A stretch of DNA of 63,601 nt, counting the filler, from Octopus bimaculoides (Eukaryota), in NCBI RefSeq assembly GCF_001194135.2. It is 6 parts of 5 records of this genome, joined end to end, with 100 filler letters (N's around TTAATTAATTAA, not from the genome) between each part and the next. Parts side by side here need not be neighbours in the genome. Positions count along the whole stretch, not along the records: positions 19,006 to 41,405 come from NC_068985.1; positions 41,506 to 57,943 come from NC_069001.1; 4 more parts are not named here. One strand, written 5' to 3'. Shown here piece by piece: positions 37,178-50,314 of this stretch. The position numbers and the translations under genes are program-made. Position 1 is the first letter of the stretch. Every line of letters begins with the position of its first letter. The notes beneath the pieces were generated by a model. The model worked only from the letters and a program-made list of their open reading frames with translations, had not been told where the DNA came from and did not search any database.

Positions 37178-37611
37178 ACTTATATATATATATATATATC
37201 TATAAAACAATCATTTTTTACCTGAAGTTCGAGACACATCCATAGTTAATCAGCCTTATTGATTCATTATTTTTCTTTTGCTTGCCTACAGTAAAGTGTG
37301 CTATTCTCGGAAATGTTAAGGTAGTAAAAAGGACTTTCCCGTCTATTTCATACAGTTCGTGGTGAGGCATAAAGCCGACCCTTGTTATAATTATGTATAT
37401 AATTATAAGATATTTTGTAATATTTACCTATAAGGTTTTAATTTCTGCACTAGGTACTTCGTAAAATTATCATTGATTTTACCCTTTATTATTAAAATAA
37501 TATTTGAACGAATTTATAAATATATATTCATATACACACTCAAAAAGTTGTAAATAAACACATACGTGTGTATATACATACATACACACATATATACACA
37601 TTTATACGTAC

Positions 37612-37644
<33 letters not shown>

Positions 37645-37770
37645 CATATGCAGATAGACATACGCATATATATATATATATATATATATACCGGAGTAAG
37701 CACATGCAATGTGCAACAAGGTGGAAAAAAGAGTACTATGCTTTATTTAAAAGCAGCAGAAATATAACAA

Positions 37771-37815
37771 AAAAACCGTTACTCTGAGTTTCGCGTTCCC
37801 GTTCATCGGACAAAC
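37771..37815 (-). ncRNA. Second (inverted) copy of the minimal hammerhead-like motif
   Basis: The minus strand reads TGT-CCGATGA-ACG-GGAA-CGC-GAAA-CTC-A-GAG-TA-ACGG. It has an A-C mismatch at the base of stem II and a shorter stem I. Confidence 0.5.
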
Positions 37816-37861
37816 AAAACTGTCCGATGAACGGGAACGTGAAACTCAGAGTAACGGTTTT
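37816..37861 (+). ncRNA. Candidate minimal type-I hammerhead ribozyme (U4C core variant)
   Basis: Stem I AAAACTGT (37816-23)/ACGGTTTT (37854-61); core CCGATGA (37824-30); stem II ACG-GGAA-CGT; GAAA (37841-44); stem III CTC-A-GAG; GTA triplet, predicting cleavage after 37853. Confidence 0.7.
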
Positions 37862-37882
37862 TNNNNNNNNNNNNNNNNNNNN

Positions 37883-37925
<43 letters not shown>

Positions 37926-38489
37926 CATACACATATCAATATGTAGATGTATATTTTTGTATTTTTTGGTATATGTCATTCACTTAAATCTGATTATACA
38001 TTATAGCAAAAATAGTGTTTAAATGTCATAATTGAGTGTACAGAATGATATTTCTATAGAATACTGACCATAGAATGTCTGAGAAATCCCAGCGTAAATG
38101 TCAACTACATGATTCAAAATGGTGTGTGAAAGGGTTTCTCTTTTGGATCATTTCCTATTCAGAAGCCCGTCGTGCAATATTTGAAAGCATAATATTGGCT
38201 CGAAAGCATTTTATATAAGAGATAATCGAGTACGTTTTTTTTTAACATTTCCGTTCACACCATCATTTGCCAAATGTCATATCTCCTTTTTCTATTGAGA
38301 ATTTTCCTTAATTTTAGCAATGATTTAATGACTATATTACATTGAAATTATCTAGGATTCAATCCCATTTTATGGGAAATGGGGAATAATCATTTCCATA
38401 ATCTGAGCCAGGTTGTATGTGGAAAATCTTTTCGATATCCATTTCAGATGTGCATGTGATGTATCTTATTTTCTTTAATCTTTCATTTT

Positions 38490-38670
38490 TTCAGCCATGA
38501 CTGCTGCCATGCTGGGGCACCTCCTTGTATAAGTGTAGTCAAATGAATTTACCCCAATAAGCCAGATATTTGTTTTATCTTTAACTTTTTGCCTAACCGC
38601 TTTAGTTATAGGAACTTAAACAGCATGGGTTACCAGTCGGTAGTGGGGAACAAATAAAGACACGTAGATA
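38490..38670 (-). mobile_element. Highly diverged SINE family A-like 3' portion
   Basis: TTTCAGCCATGACTGCTGCCATGCTGGGGCACC...TTTTTGCCTAACCGC parallels 8750-8880. Confidence 0.55.
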
Positions 38671-39094
38671 TCTACATATATATGTGTGTGTGTGTGTTTG
38701 TGCTTCTGTGTGTGTTTGTGTGTGTGCTTGAGTGTATATATAAGTATATATACACAAACATATGAGAGAGAGAAGTAATACACGGGACACTATTCAAAAC
38801 CACTACGGTCGTCCCCTGTAAATGACAATATAAACCTCCAATTGATTTTTCGCTCTATTCCGATCCCATGAATATTGAGTTTTTATATAAAGGTGTGTTG
38901 TCATCGGAGAATTACATTTTATTTGATTAATTCATTTTATTTACGATACCTTATTCTTTTCTCCTTGTATACTATATTTATTGCTTATATGAGAAGAATT
39001 CGCTATCATATATTATTTCTTTATGGAGATGCATAGTACGCTACAATTACTAAAAATGTGTGAAACTGCCAATAAAATAAGAGGTACCTTTTGA

Positions 39095-39212
39095 AATTCA
39101 CCTGAGGAGACACATATGTAATAATACTATGATGCAACACAATTGTTTGTACAGCATCTTACATACAAGTTACCGGGCATGATGGTCGAAACGGTCGTAG
39201 TGGTTATGAATT
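39095..39212 (+). ncRNA. Candidate type-I hammerhead ribozyme with a long stem II insert
   Basis: Stem I TCAC/GTGG; canonical core CTGAGGA (39102-08); stem II GAC-A-CATATG/CATGATGGTC; GAAA (39188-91); stem III C-GGTC-G; GTA triplet, predicting cleavage after 39199. Confidence 0.65.
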
Positions 39213-39907
39213 AATCGTCTGTTGAATTTCACTTGCTTTCTCTCATATTTTCCATTGTCTATTAAAGTAAATCCAGTGTTATATATCTCCATAATGTTCT
39301 TGACATCGAGTAGCGAAATACTATGAATAGGCTTTAAACAGCATATTATAAGGTGTTTACTCGAATATACAATTATCACTTATATGTATATATATACGAA
39401 TTCTTCATATATGACAAGTAGACCCAAATATCATTTACAAGAATTTCAAGAAATACCGAGTATTATACAGATAGACAAAATCACATCTTTAATAGGCGAA
39501 TTCACTATAAAAAAACCTGACGATCAGTTCTGCTCTATCGATACAATTATACTGAAGATATTATTCAATTCATATATGAGAAAAAAACATGATAACTCAA
39601 CGTTTTTTAGGCGATCCGAAATTCATTAAATTCAAAGTGAGCTTAGAAAATATCTCCCGTACAGAAATGAATAAAAACAGAACGTTAAAAAGAAATATAA
39701 TGTAAGAAAAGCATTTTTTGCATTCGACTCTTACTGACGCCGATGGATAAAGAAAGATTAAAAAAATAGATGTATGAATTCTAAGTTTCGACAATTTAAA
39801 ACAGAAATTGTACGCCACGTGAGTTATTTATCAATCTGTTAAATATACTAGATATTTTTAGAAGAATATTATGCTTAAGGGAACAATAGAATAAGAATAA
39901 GAACAGC

Positions 39908-40043
39908 AAAAGAGAACGATAGAATAAGTACTAGGCTTACAGCGAATAAGTTCTGAAGTCGATTCTTTCGACTAAAGGTGATACTCTAGCATGGCTGCAG
40001 TCAAATGACTGAAACAATTAAAAGAACAAAAGAATAAAAGAAT
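39908..40043 (+). mobile_element. SINE family A 3' end
   Basis: GATAGAATAAGTACTAGGCTTAC...CTAGCATGGCTGCAGTCAAATGACTGAAACA followed by an (AAAAGAAT)n-like tail. Confidence 0.8.
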
Positions 40044-40450
40044 ATATATACACAATTAAACACACTCACACACGCACGTGCGCACACGCACACACACATA
40101 TAGAGAGATAGAGAGGTAGATATGGATGTATGATATATATATTTTTCAAAGCTCTATTCCAAAGTAATTGTATTTACTTAACTTTTTAAATGTTTTTACA
40201 CAATTGTTGTAATCTGCTGGGATTGATGTATCTTTGAGTAGACATTATTTATCAAGGTAATTTTTTACGACATTGTTTGGTCGTCCGATTTAAACACCTC
40301 GAATACCTTGAATGCTATAGCCTTGAAATATGGTGAGATGTTCCTACTGGTTCTTCTCATATGGTGTTCAAAATTGCGCAATATAACCTATTGTAATTAC
40401 TAGACAATATATTCATACATTAATTAATATGTTCAGTTGAAACTAACATA

Positions 40451-41288
40451 GAATATCCATAGTTATGTAGGTCAATCGTTACTTTGTTCGCAATAGAAAA
40501 GCGGCGAACCGGATCAGCACCATTTTAAAGAATGCTTGCTTGGAAGTTTCCTGTTCTTCAGTAGCTATAATTTTAGCCTCAATTTCTAGTGAATGATTTA
40601 TGTACAGAGGGAGCCAACTTTTGAGATGGGTCGTATTGGCATGAACATTGAGATCACTGACCCTTGTACAGTATTTGAAAAACAATATCTTACTTTTGCA
40701 TCTAATTTTGAATCTCTGAGATACGTTTTGATTCGGCATGTGGGTTCCGTTTCATCTAATTGCGCTCCAGTCTCGTTCCTCTTTAATCTTTGTACATATT
40801 TTTTTGCTTCTTCTGATATTTATTACGGTTTCCTAGTACTTTCTCAGTTGTAGAGAATTTTAAGCGTCCAGTCATTATTGTTCTTTAGATAGGTGTATAT
40901 CTCTAGGTTTGCTGGCTTTATAGAGAGACTATATCTACCATTGGGTGAGGCAAGCTATCCGTTGTGAGGTAATTGGAGATTTACGTGTCAATTTTACAGT
41001 TCTCACTTGTTTGACAATTACATGATTTTAAAGTTGTAAGTAAGAAGTGGCATCGCTTTCGAACTAATGGCATCAACTCTTTTTCTTGCATTAAGTTTGC
41101 TCTTTCGGATACCGCTAACAAATTGAAATACAAATCTTTTTGGAATTTTTCACACACTTGGGAGAGCCGAATGCCAATCCTTTCTCACACACACGTTAAT
41201 ATTTGTAATTTGCTTTGTCTTCTAATTTCTTGCTGGTAGTAAATTTGTCTCTTAGTGTGTCGAACTCCATTCCGATATCGTTACTGAC
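40451..41288 (-). pseudogene. Decayed RTE-clade LINE ORF2 C-terminal fragment
   Basis: Broken translation gives SNDIGMEF, IRKSKLNARKRVDAISSKAMPLLTYNF, LEIEAKIIATEEQ and IL*NGADP.R....VTID. These match RTE-type post-RT motifs. Confidence 0.7.
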
Positions 41289-41291
41289 AGC

Positions 41292-41405
41292 TCTTCTTCT
41301 TCTTCTTCTTCTTCTTCTTCTTCTTCTTCTTCTTCTTCTTCTTCTTCTTCTTCTTCTTCTTCTTCTTCTTCTTCTTCTTCTTCTTCTTCTTCTTCTTCTT
41401 CTTCT
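41292..41405. repeat. (CTT)n microsatellite running into a gap
   Basis: Directly visible. Confidence 0.97.
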
Positions 41406-41505
41406 NNNNNNNNNNNNNNNNNNNNNNNNNNNNNNNNNNNNNNNNNNNNTTAATTAATTAANNNNNNNNNNNNNNNNNNNNNNNNNNNNNNNNNNNNNNN
41501 NNNNN

Positions 41506-41536
<31 letters not shown>

Positions 41537-42929
41537 GGGTAGTCAGTAGGGTGCTGCAAATTTCGTGGCTTTGTGTAAAAAAAAAAGTACAGAAACTTCA
41601 GTAAATTATGATTTTATTTCAAGAGTTTGAAAGTATGTCGAGGTACGTCGAGTTTTTATGAAATGACAGGATCTACAGGGGATAGACTGGGGATGTTAAC
41701 GATGCAAAGAAAGGAATTATTTGGAGTGAAAGATAGTATCCGATTAGGGGATAGACAAGGTGGACCAAGCAGGACGATCAGGAAATGCAAATAATTGAGG
41801 AAAGAAAAGACGAGACTAAGACAGCGATAAAAATGTGCAACGGAAGACAAATAACCTGGCCTTGCGCTGCTGTACAACGATTTTAGAAGGAAATGCCGTT
41901 ATGTGCAACGAAATATCCGACGATATAAACGACAAAAGGAAAGCAAAAGGAGTTGGGGATAGTTTCTGCAAGACTCGTACGGGATTACTGAGATGCTGTT
42001 CACTGAACCGAAGAGTGGTACTTTATCGTGCACAAACGAATTGGATGCTCACATCAAAGAAACCAACAGCGATTCACACCGTAACGAGCGACCGTCACAT
42101 CTAAATGGGCGAAAGTATCTCTTAGAACCTGATATCGATTTTCAAACGGTTGTTATAGAGGAAGTAGGTGCTAATATATGTAATATTAAATCAGATATCC
42201 TCTCTATGAAATCTATTATGTATCTCTACTTAATTCTCATTACTTTTGTTTTGTTTTACTGGTCAAGCTGTATTTGTATGTGCGGTGTGGAATACCAAAT
42301 AAGGAGGTATATGTTTTGTCATATTCATATTTAATCTTTCCTTCACCGTCAATTCGCCTTTCAGCTTACGAGTTTTATTAAATTGCTGGTTAATACCAGT
42401 ATTTGGAAATAATTTCTGGTTTATGAAATTTAGTTTACTATTTTTTGTAAATAATATGTCAAATATTCATAGACAAAAATAGGTGTTATTTGTTGTAATT
42501 AATTATCAAACGAAAGCTTGATATATTTATAAGAACATTTAGAAATAAATACTATACGAGTAAAGAAGTCTTAAAAGGGACTTACTTGCGTGGTAATCTT
42601 ATATATAATCAGATATTGAGTCATTTAGTATATAAGAAAGGTATTTTTATTCATGTATGTCGAAATAGTTGGTTTTGTTAGTATAGTTACGTATATTTTC
42701 CTTCTGTATATTTTCATAGAGACGAAAGCAAGCCAAATATAAACCGGTGTAATTTATAGTAATATAGGGGAGACAACTTTTCTCTAGTGAACAGGTAGCT
42801 GTTTCAAAGCGACCGAATATCTTGACGCAAATGAAATCTAAATGCTGAAGTGAAGCGAACGGTTTTTGCGTTTGCTTAAATGGCTTACAGAAATCTTCCA
42901 CGCTGCAATAGTATATCTATCTATCTATC

Positions 42930-42971
<42 letters not shown>

Positions 42972-43194
42972 NNNNNNNNNNNNNNNNNNNNNNNNNNNNN
43001 NNNNNNNNNNNNNNNNNNNNNNNNNNNNNNNNNNNNNNNNNNNNNNNNNNNNNNNNNNNNNNNNNNNNNNNNNNNNNNNNNNNNNNNNNNNNNNNNNNNN
43101 NNNNNNNNNNNNNNNNNNNNNNNNNNNNNNNNNNNNNNNNNNNNNNNNNNNNNNNNNNNNNNNNNNNNNNNNNNNNNNNNNNNNNNNNNNNNNN

Positions 43195-43257
43195 CCAACC
43201 CATGCTAGCATGGAAAGCGGACGTTAAACGATGATGATGATGATGATGATGATGATT
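43195..43257 (+). mobile_element. 3' end of a SINE/LINE with (GAT)n tail; body lies in the N gap
   Basis: CCAACCATGCTAGCATGGAAAGCGGACGTTAAAC followed by (GAT)n. Family assignment is from recall only. Confidence 0.5.
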
Positions 43258-45637
43258 AAATGAAATAAATGATTTACGTGAATATCCTCAGAAGAGTAAT
43301 TGAAATAAATGGCGATTGTGGAGCCCCCACCCACGCACGGACGCACGCACGCACGCACGCGCGCGCGCACGCACGCATACACACGTGTGTCTTTGTAAAT
43401 ATGTTTGTATACATTTATGTATGTGTGTGTTTGTAAGAGACAGAGTGTGAGTGAGTCAAGGTGTGTGTGTGCGTGTGTATGTGTGTGAGACAGAGTGAGA
43501 GAGCGGTGTGTATGTAGTATTTACTCTCTCTCACTCTCTCTCTCTCATACACACGAACACACACACGAACACACACAATAGAAAGTGAAGCTTTTTGCGG
43601 TTGTTACGTCAATACCGGAAGTTGACATTGAGGAACCTTTTTAAAGAAGTGAATCTTAATTATAAAGCAATATTATTTATTTTTAATTTAAAAAATCAAA
43701 TGAAGAGCCTAAGATTTATCCGAGGTCAAAGTATTCATGCATTACAAGNNNNNNNNNNNNNNNNNNNNNNNNNNNNNNNNNNNNNNNNNNNNNNNNNNNN
43801 NNNNNNNNNNNNNNNNNNNNNNNNNNNNNNNNNNNNNNNNNNNNNNNNNNNNNNNNNNNNNNNNNNNNNNNNNNNNNNNNNNNNNNNNNNNNNNNNNNNN
43901 NNNNNNNNNNNNNNNNNNNNNNNNNNNNNNNNNNNNNNNNNNNNNNNNNNNNNNNNNNNNNNNNNNNNNNNNNNNNNNNNNNNNNNNNNNNNNNNNNNNN
44001 NNNNNNNNNNNNNNNNNNNNNNNNNNNNNNNNNNNNNNNNNNNNNNNNNNNNNNNNNNNNNNNNNNNNNNNNNNNNNNNNNNNNNNNNNNNNNNNNNNNN
44101 NNNNNNNNNNNNNNNNNNNNNNNNNNNNNNNNNNNNNNTATATATATATATATATATATGTATGTATATATAGACAGTTATACTAGACGATGGTCATCGT
44201 TTGCCAATTAAACATACTCACCATTTATTTCATCATCACTTTAGCTCTTATTTGCAATTTTTCTCAAAATTCTTTCGCTGCATATTCTGTAATTTCTTCG
44301 TTGATTCTGTGTCCCATTTACCATCGATTTGCTGCTTTGGTTTGCGTAAGTCTCAAAGTTGTTTATTGGACTGGAAATGTCCCCGCATTTCTTGCAGAAA
44401 TTGATTCTCCGATGCTCCTCAGAATACAACTTCATTCTCTTTTCCATCAATGTTTTTTTGTTTTTTTTGCCTTCCGTTTGCCAAATCTGCTCGTTTATGT
44501 TTGGATCAGATTCTATTTCTCTTCCTTTTGTTTGATTTAGAAGAAAGATTTGTCTGTAGGTGTGTGCTTTATGCTGAATTAGAGTCGATTGTTTGATATC
44601 ATTCATGGTTAAGGTTTATAATACATCTGTATATTCAAAATGTGTCGAGGGCGCACGATCTAGTGTTTACCGTTTTGGACCACGATCAGGAGAACGAGAT
44701 TGCAATTCATGGACTGGTTTGTGCGCCGTATGCTTGAGCAAAGCAATCCGTCTCTACTTGCTTTGTTGAAATATATGTGTGACCTACGACAATGCTAAGT
44801 ATTTTAATCCAATACTTTGCAAATTTCCACAGTTCTCCTCCTTTGTTACGAGATTCGAGAAAAATATATTTACACTTTTGGCGTGTAAATTTGCTTACCA
44901 CGTCGTTTCCTCATCCGGTATTACCTACCAAACTTCTTCCGTGAATGCAATGGAAGTAACGGACACATTTGTTTGCATATGTAAGCAACATATTTCGTAG
45001 CTTTACTAAATTATACAAGGCTGAAGGTTGTATTTTCTTGCCTATGTATAACCCAATTTGGAAGATCGATAGCAAAACAACGTGTCTGTCGCATACTTGT
45101 TTTTCCATAGATTGGTGTATACAGAACTGCTATTTCTACATGTCCTTCAATGTCCTTCGACATGGCCTTCATAAGCTTTATTTAAAGTTGGGACTAATAT
45201 ATTTTTATGTTGGCTCGCTTCTTTATTTCATTAAAATTGCCATTTAGGCATTACACAGATTAGCAGAAGCTAGGGCTGGACAGAAACATCGATGAGATGA
45301 GATGAATAGTGTACATGATGATATAGATGGGAGAAGACAAAGCCGCCCACCGAACTTTGCTTCTCTAAAACTTTGTTCTTTTTTTTTTTTTAAATCATAA
45401 ATTTTAAACAAAAAGAATTCAATTATAACAGTTAATCCCCCTCGTCGCTGCCCCCGAGTAAATAGCCTACTGCCTGCAGACAACTCTGAATTGACAGGCT
45501 CGGGCCAACGGCGAGGGAGGCGTATTTTACCTCGCCAAAGAGTGCTGAGACCTTTGACAAGGTCCCTCTATTTATGACCTCCGCAGCTACCTGCGGAGGC
45601 CACATTGAACTGCCAGTGCAGGCCGAATAGTTTCTTT

Positions 45638-46078
45638 CTAGGTCGCACTGACAGTCCAAAAATTTTCTATGTTCCCTCTCTCGTGGTATAGGAGGACAAC
45701 CTCCTCCCCTTCCTCACGAGGAGGGGCCTCACACTGCTCCGTCAGTGGCACAATTCCCACTGACAGAGCCTCATTCACGGGTGCCGTCAGCGGCACAGAG
45801 GCATCCGGCGACTTCTCCCTCTTCTTCCTTTTCCTTTTTCTCCTTGAGGATACAGGGGGCAACGTCGGCATGCGCGGAGGATCGCTGTCCTCCTCTGCCT
45901 CCTGTACATTCTTTGGTGAGCAACCATTGCTCGCTTCTTGATTAGTAAATTGTGCGTGACCTTTAGCGTAAGCTGTAGCGTAAACTGAATGTTGTGAGAT
46001 GTGTAGCGCAAACTGAAAGTTGAAATAAATATATTGTTCCAACATATATTTAAATACGATACCCATTGATATTGACAT
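45638..46078 (-). other. GC-rich ORF-like segment, possibly a decayed retroelement ORF1 tail
   Basis: Composition is clearly more GC-rich than the flanks. It encodes a Pro/basic stretch (DPPRMPTLPPVSSRRKRKRKKREKSP) and a repeated VPLT motif. No diagnostic domain recognised. Confidence 0.3.
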
Positions 46079-47575
46079 TGCCCAACTTAATGTCTTGTCT
46101 AACTACGCAATATATGTTACGAATAGATATCTGTACAGTATAATATATCCTGTATTGAATAAACATATGTTCTTGTAGAAGTTGACAGGTTTGTTAACCC
46201 AAAGGGTTTGGGACGTTTCCAATGAGTGTTAGACTTGTTTGGCTATGAATATACAATTGGTGTTCACATTTTATTTAAATATGTTTCATTACACCTCTCT
46301 CTATTTGTTTATATGCGTTTTTAATGCCAAACACATATGTGTATTTTTATTCCTTATCTATTTGAATTCCAATTCTCGCCTGAAAATCTATTTTACATAA
46401 GAATTATTTATAATATTAATATGCCAATCAAATGTTACCCTCGAATATATTTCGGTTTATTTATTATAGACAAAGAATAACATTTATCTTTGTTTGTCAT
46501 TGTGGTTCTTTATATGTTATTCCTCTCTCTATTATCGATTTTCGTTTTATTTAATTTCTTTTCTTATATATAGATACATCACCTTGCTGTTTAACCCCCA
46601 TGTCAGGTATGGTCGTGAAAATAATATAGCCTTAGCTATTTCCTTAACTATAATGTCTTCCACTTTCGACAATACAAATATTACCCCATGTTTATTAAGT
46701 CACTTGATGATGATATCACGGAGGGATGACTGCTATGTCTAGCAGGGGAAACAACCATGTAAATGCCTCCCTCGTTGCTTCAGTCTTCATTTTGTTGTTT
46801 CACAACGTGATTTGGCATTCAATAGTTCTATTAATTTATCTCAAACTGACACAACAGGGACTCAATGTAATTGAATATTAAGTTAATGGCGTATCTCCAA
46901 AATTTGCTTTAGAAAACATTAGACATATGATATATATTTAATGTCATTGATGTGTGCGACTATGTGTGTTTGTGTGTGTGTGTGTGTGTGTTGCTACTAG
47001 TCGTGGTACTTACGCCGAGCACAGAACTGGTTCGGGAAATACAAGAGCAAGTTTTTCACAACGTTCATGGCAATTTTCTGTTTTTAGTAATAAAGTATAT
47101 AGCACTGCATAATTGCATACGGCATTTCAAGGAAAAATAAACCGAATATATGTACCATCAATACTATATCGTGTGAGAACACACCTGCTCTCGTAGAACT
47201 TTGAATATAGCTGTTTTAAAATAATTATTTCCTTTATTTGCCGCCGGTGGTGTGAAGGATGAGAATTACAGATAAAGAGTTATGGGTATTGATAATTCTT
47301 TTCACGAAAAACATAGTAGGAGTGTTTCACGTAAGTAAATAATGCAATAAAAGAACAAATAATCTCTATATGCCACTGCTGAATGAAATTATTATCGAAA
47401 ATTTCTTTAGATTTTGTACCAATGTATTATTTCTACATTCTTATCAAAACGACTGCATATATGTGACCACGTATGAACCATATGACGTAGATGAATAGGC
47501 GCATACATACATAAATATATATATTATATATACATATATATAAGTACATATATAAATGTATATCTATATGTATAA

Positions 47576-47632
<57 letters not shown>

Positions 47633-48729
47633 ACACTGCAAACCTCACAGCCAATTGTATCATAGTATGGTACCGGGCGAGTCGTAGGATAATGGGAGAA
47701 TAGCAAATTTTAAGTAAGGAAATGTGCGCGCCAACGTTGACAGCACGGTCATATGTTCGTTTCCGAGGCAAGGAAGCGTTAAGTTCCAATTAGATAAAAA
47801 TTTCTAAACGAAAATTATTTTTCATGCAATAATATTTTTGTGCAATGACATCATATAACTTTGATTGTTTTTTTTTTTTTTCAAAACCAATAAAACACGT
47901 TTAGATGTCAGAAATAAAACTTACGTCAGGTCGAATTCAGGTGCTGTTAACTCACCAAACACTACAAATTTGGACTTATCAGTTTTTTTGTCGTTAGGCC
48001 CTGAAAACGTTTCATTGTGAAAGGTTGGGCGTTGATATTTTGTTCAGTGAATTTTGCGATTTTCTTAGTTGTGTGCTGAAGCATTTCATCTAACCGTTAA
48101 TTGATGTTTATCTTAATTGTTTTTATTGTCGCAGAAATACGCGCTATCAATTTATTTTTCAGTAATTATATACTGATTAGTAACAAAACTGTACGAAGAG
48201 GTTATCGAATATTTTACGTCATTTGACGAATAATTTTTTGTGACAGCACACCCAACAACCATACGCCACTGTGTTCACACAAATAATGCATTGGCTATTA
48301 ATTATTTCGGACATAGAAAATTATTGCCTGTCCTACGCAAGCCACCACATACCTCTAGCATAGAAATGCAGCATCGCCTTTGAGAGACAGACAATTAAAA
48401 TACTTTTTATACACGAAACATAGAGTTCAGCATCATGATTGCAGCTGGTAATACATATTTACTCACTCAAGCGGCTATTGACTGAAATGGTATATTCGAC
48501 GCTTGGATCCGGTTTCTCGTAAAAGAAGTGATATACCAAGCATCATTTACAACATCTCAGTGTATCCCATCAGCTGCAACGAGCACAAACGTAAAACATT
48601 TAGGGGCAGTTAAAAGGTGGACGTGTGAAAAAACATAAAAGGGACGTTCAAACATAACACGTCAATCAAGCAATGTATCACAGGCTCAGAGTTGAACTCA
48701 CGGAATCTAAACGTAGAAATTTATTACTA

Positions 48730-48925
48730 AAAATCAAATATTCACTTCAAAATTTGGCACAAGGAAAGGAATACGACCCCGATACTTCACACGAACTTGT
48801 TTGACTGATCCAGGAAGGAGTAAAGGTAAGGTCAACCACGGTAGAATTCGAACTCAGAACGTAAAAACAGGTGAAATACTACCAAGCATTAAGACTTGTG
48901 TGCTAACGATCCTGCGAGTTTGCCA
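48730..48925 (-). mobile_element. Diverged SINE family B copy
   Basis: AAAGGTAAGGTCAACCACGGTAGAATTCGAACTCAGAACGTAAA...GAAATACT...GTGCTAACGATCCTGC parallels 15795-15890. Confidence 0.7.
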
Positions 48926-50265
48926 CATTTGAAAGAGTAAATATGTATTAAATAGAACACATATGTTAGAAAAATTTCTAGTGATCCACCGATCTCGCTT
49001 CGTTCTCAAGAACCGTAAAACTTCCAATCATGCAATGAGTCAGATAAGGAGAAACACTTGCTACAAAGCAATTCAGCGCTTCCTAAGAAATTGCAATAAG
49101 AGACATTGCCTGGAAATATGGTATCACCATGAAGAATAGGCTACTAACGTTTACAATGCAGTTTGTAGTATATATCGTGCTTATCGCAAAATGAAGTGCT
49201 TGGCACAGGTGTTTCACATAGTATCAAAACAAAATAAACGCGGTCCTGAAACGTAACCCAAGGCGGAATATATGAATAGAGCGATCAACTTGAGAAGGCG
49301 GAGTAATTCTGCATGGGTTAGAGAGAAATTGTAGACTGAGACATGAAGTGTGAAAGCAAACTTCACGTTCGAAATCCATTATCGCGATTAAAAATGTGGT
49401 CCACACAAAACTGGATAAAACTTAGACTGAATCATGACTCCAATTGAGTTTTTCTACATGAGTTTTTATACGAGCGCTACTATCTAGAAGGGACAGTGGT
49501 GGTTAACTACGGTATCAAATGTCATGGAAATATCTATGCATGGAATATCATTGCAGTAGCATCTCCTAAAATAGATAATAAAAGAACGGAGAGGAATGAG
49601 AGCCGTGATCTCGGAATACCCAAGTTTGTCGCAAGTGGACCCAATCAGTTGTCGAGTGATAATCTGGAGTTCGGGTGTGATTTCTCAGAAGTTCATTAAG
49701 AAGTTAAAGTGTTGATATAGTCACATATTTCCCAACCAACTGTACAAGCAGGGTGAAATCCAAAGACCAATGAAAGGGTGATGAATAAGTATTGAATGAA
49801 GATCATTTCGAAGAAATGAAATGTAGGAAGGATACCCTGAAAATTATAAATGAAATCCGATAAAGCATGTGTTTGTTTTGAAAATAATATCTCCATATAT
49901 ATANNNNNNNNNNNNNNNNNNNNNNNNNNNNNNNNNNNNNNNNNNNNNNNNNNNNNNNNNNNNNNNNNNNNNNNNNNNNNNNNNNNNNNNNNNNNNNNNN
50001 NNNNNNNNNNNNNNNNNNNNNNNNNNNNNNNNNNNNNNNNNNNNNNNNNNNNNNNNNNNNNNNNNNNNNNNNNNNNNNNNNNNNNNNNNNNNNNNNNNNN
50101 NNNNNNNNNNNNNNNNNNNNNNNNNNNNNNNNNNNNNNNNNNNNNNNNNNNNNNNNNNNNNNNNNNNNNNNNNNNNNNNNNNNNNNNNNNNNNNNNNNNN
50201 NNNNNNNNNNNNNNNNNNNNNNNNNNNNNNNNNNNNNNNNNNNNNNNNNNNNNNNNNNNNNNNNN

Positions 50266-50314
<49 letters not shown>

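Noticed and set aside
38790-38915. Minus-strand CCGATGA ... GGGACGACCGTAGTGG as a possible partner hammerhead to 39.1 kb
   Set aside because: GAAA is absent and stem I is weak. It is kept only as a similarity remnant.
41993-42334. 113-aa plus-strand ORF
   Set aside because: No recognisable motif or splice context; the length is plausible by chance.
44241-44606. 121-aa minus-strand ORF with a CKKC motif
   Set aside because: It may be a decayed transposon piece, but a single CxxC is not diagnostic and I could not match neighbouring frames to any family.
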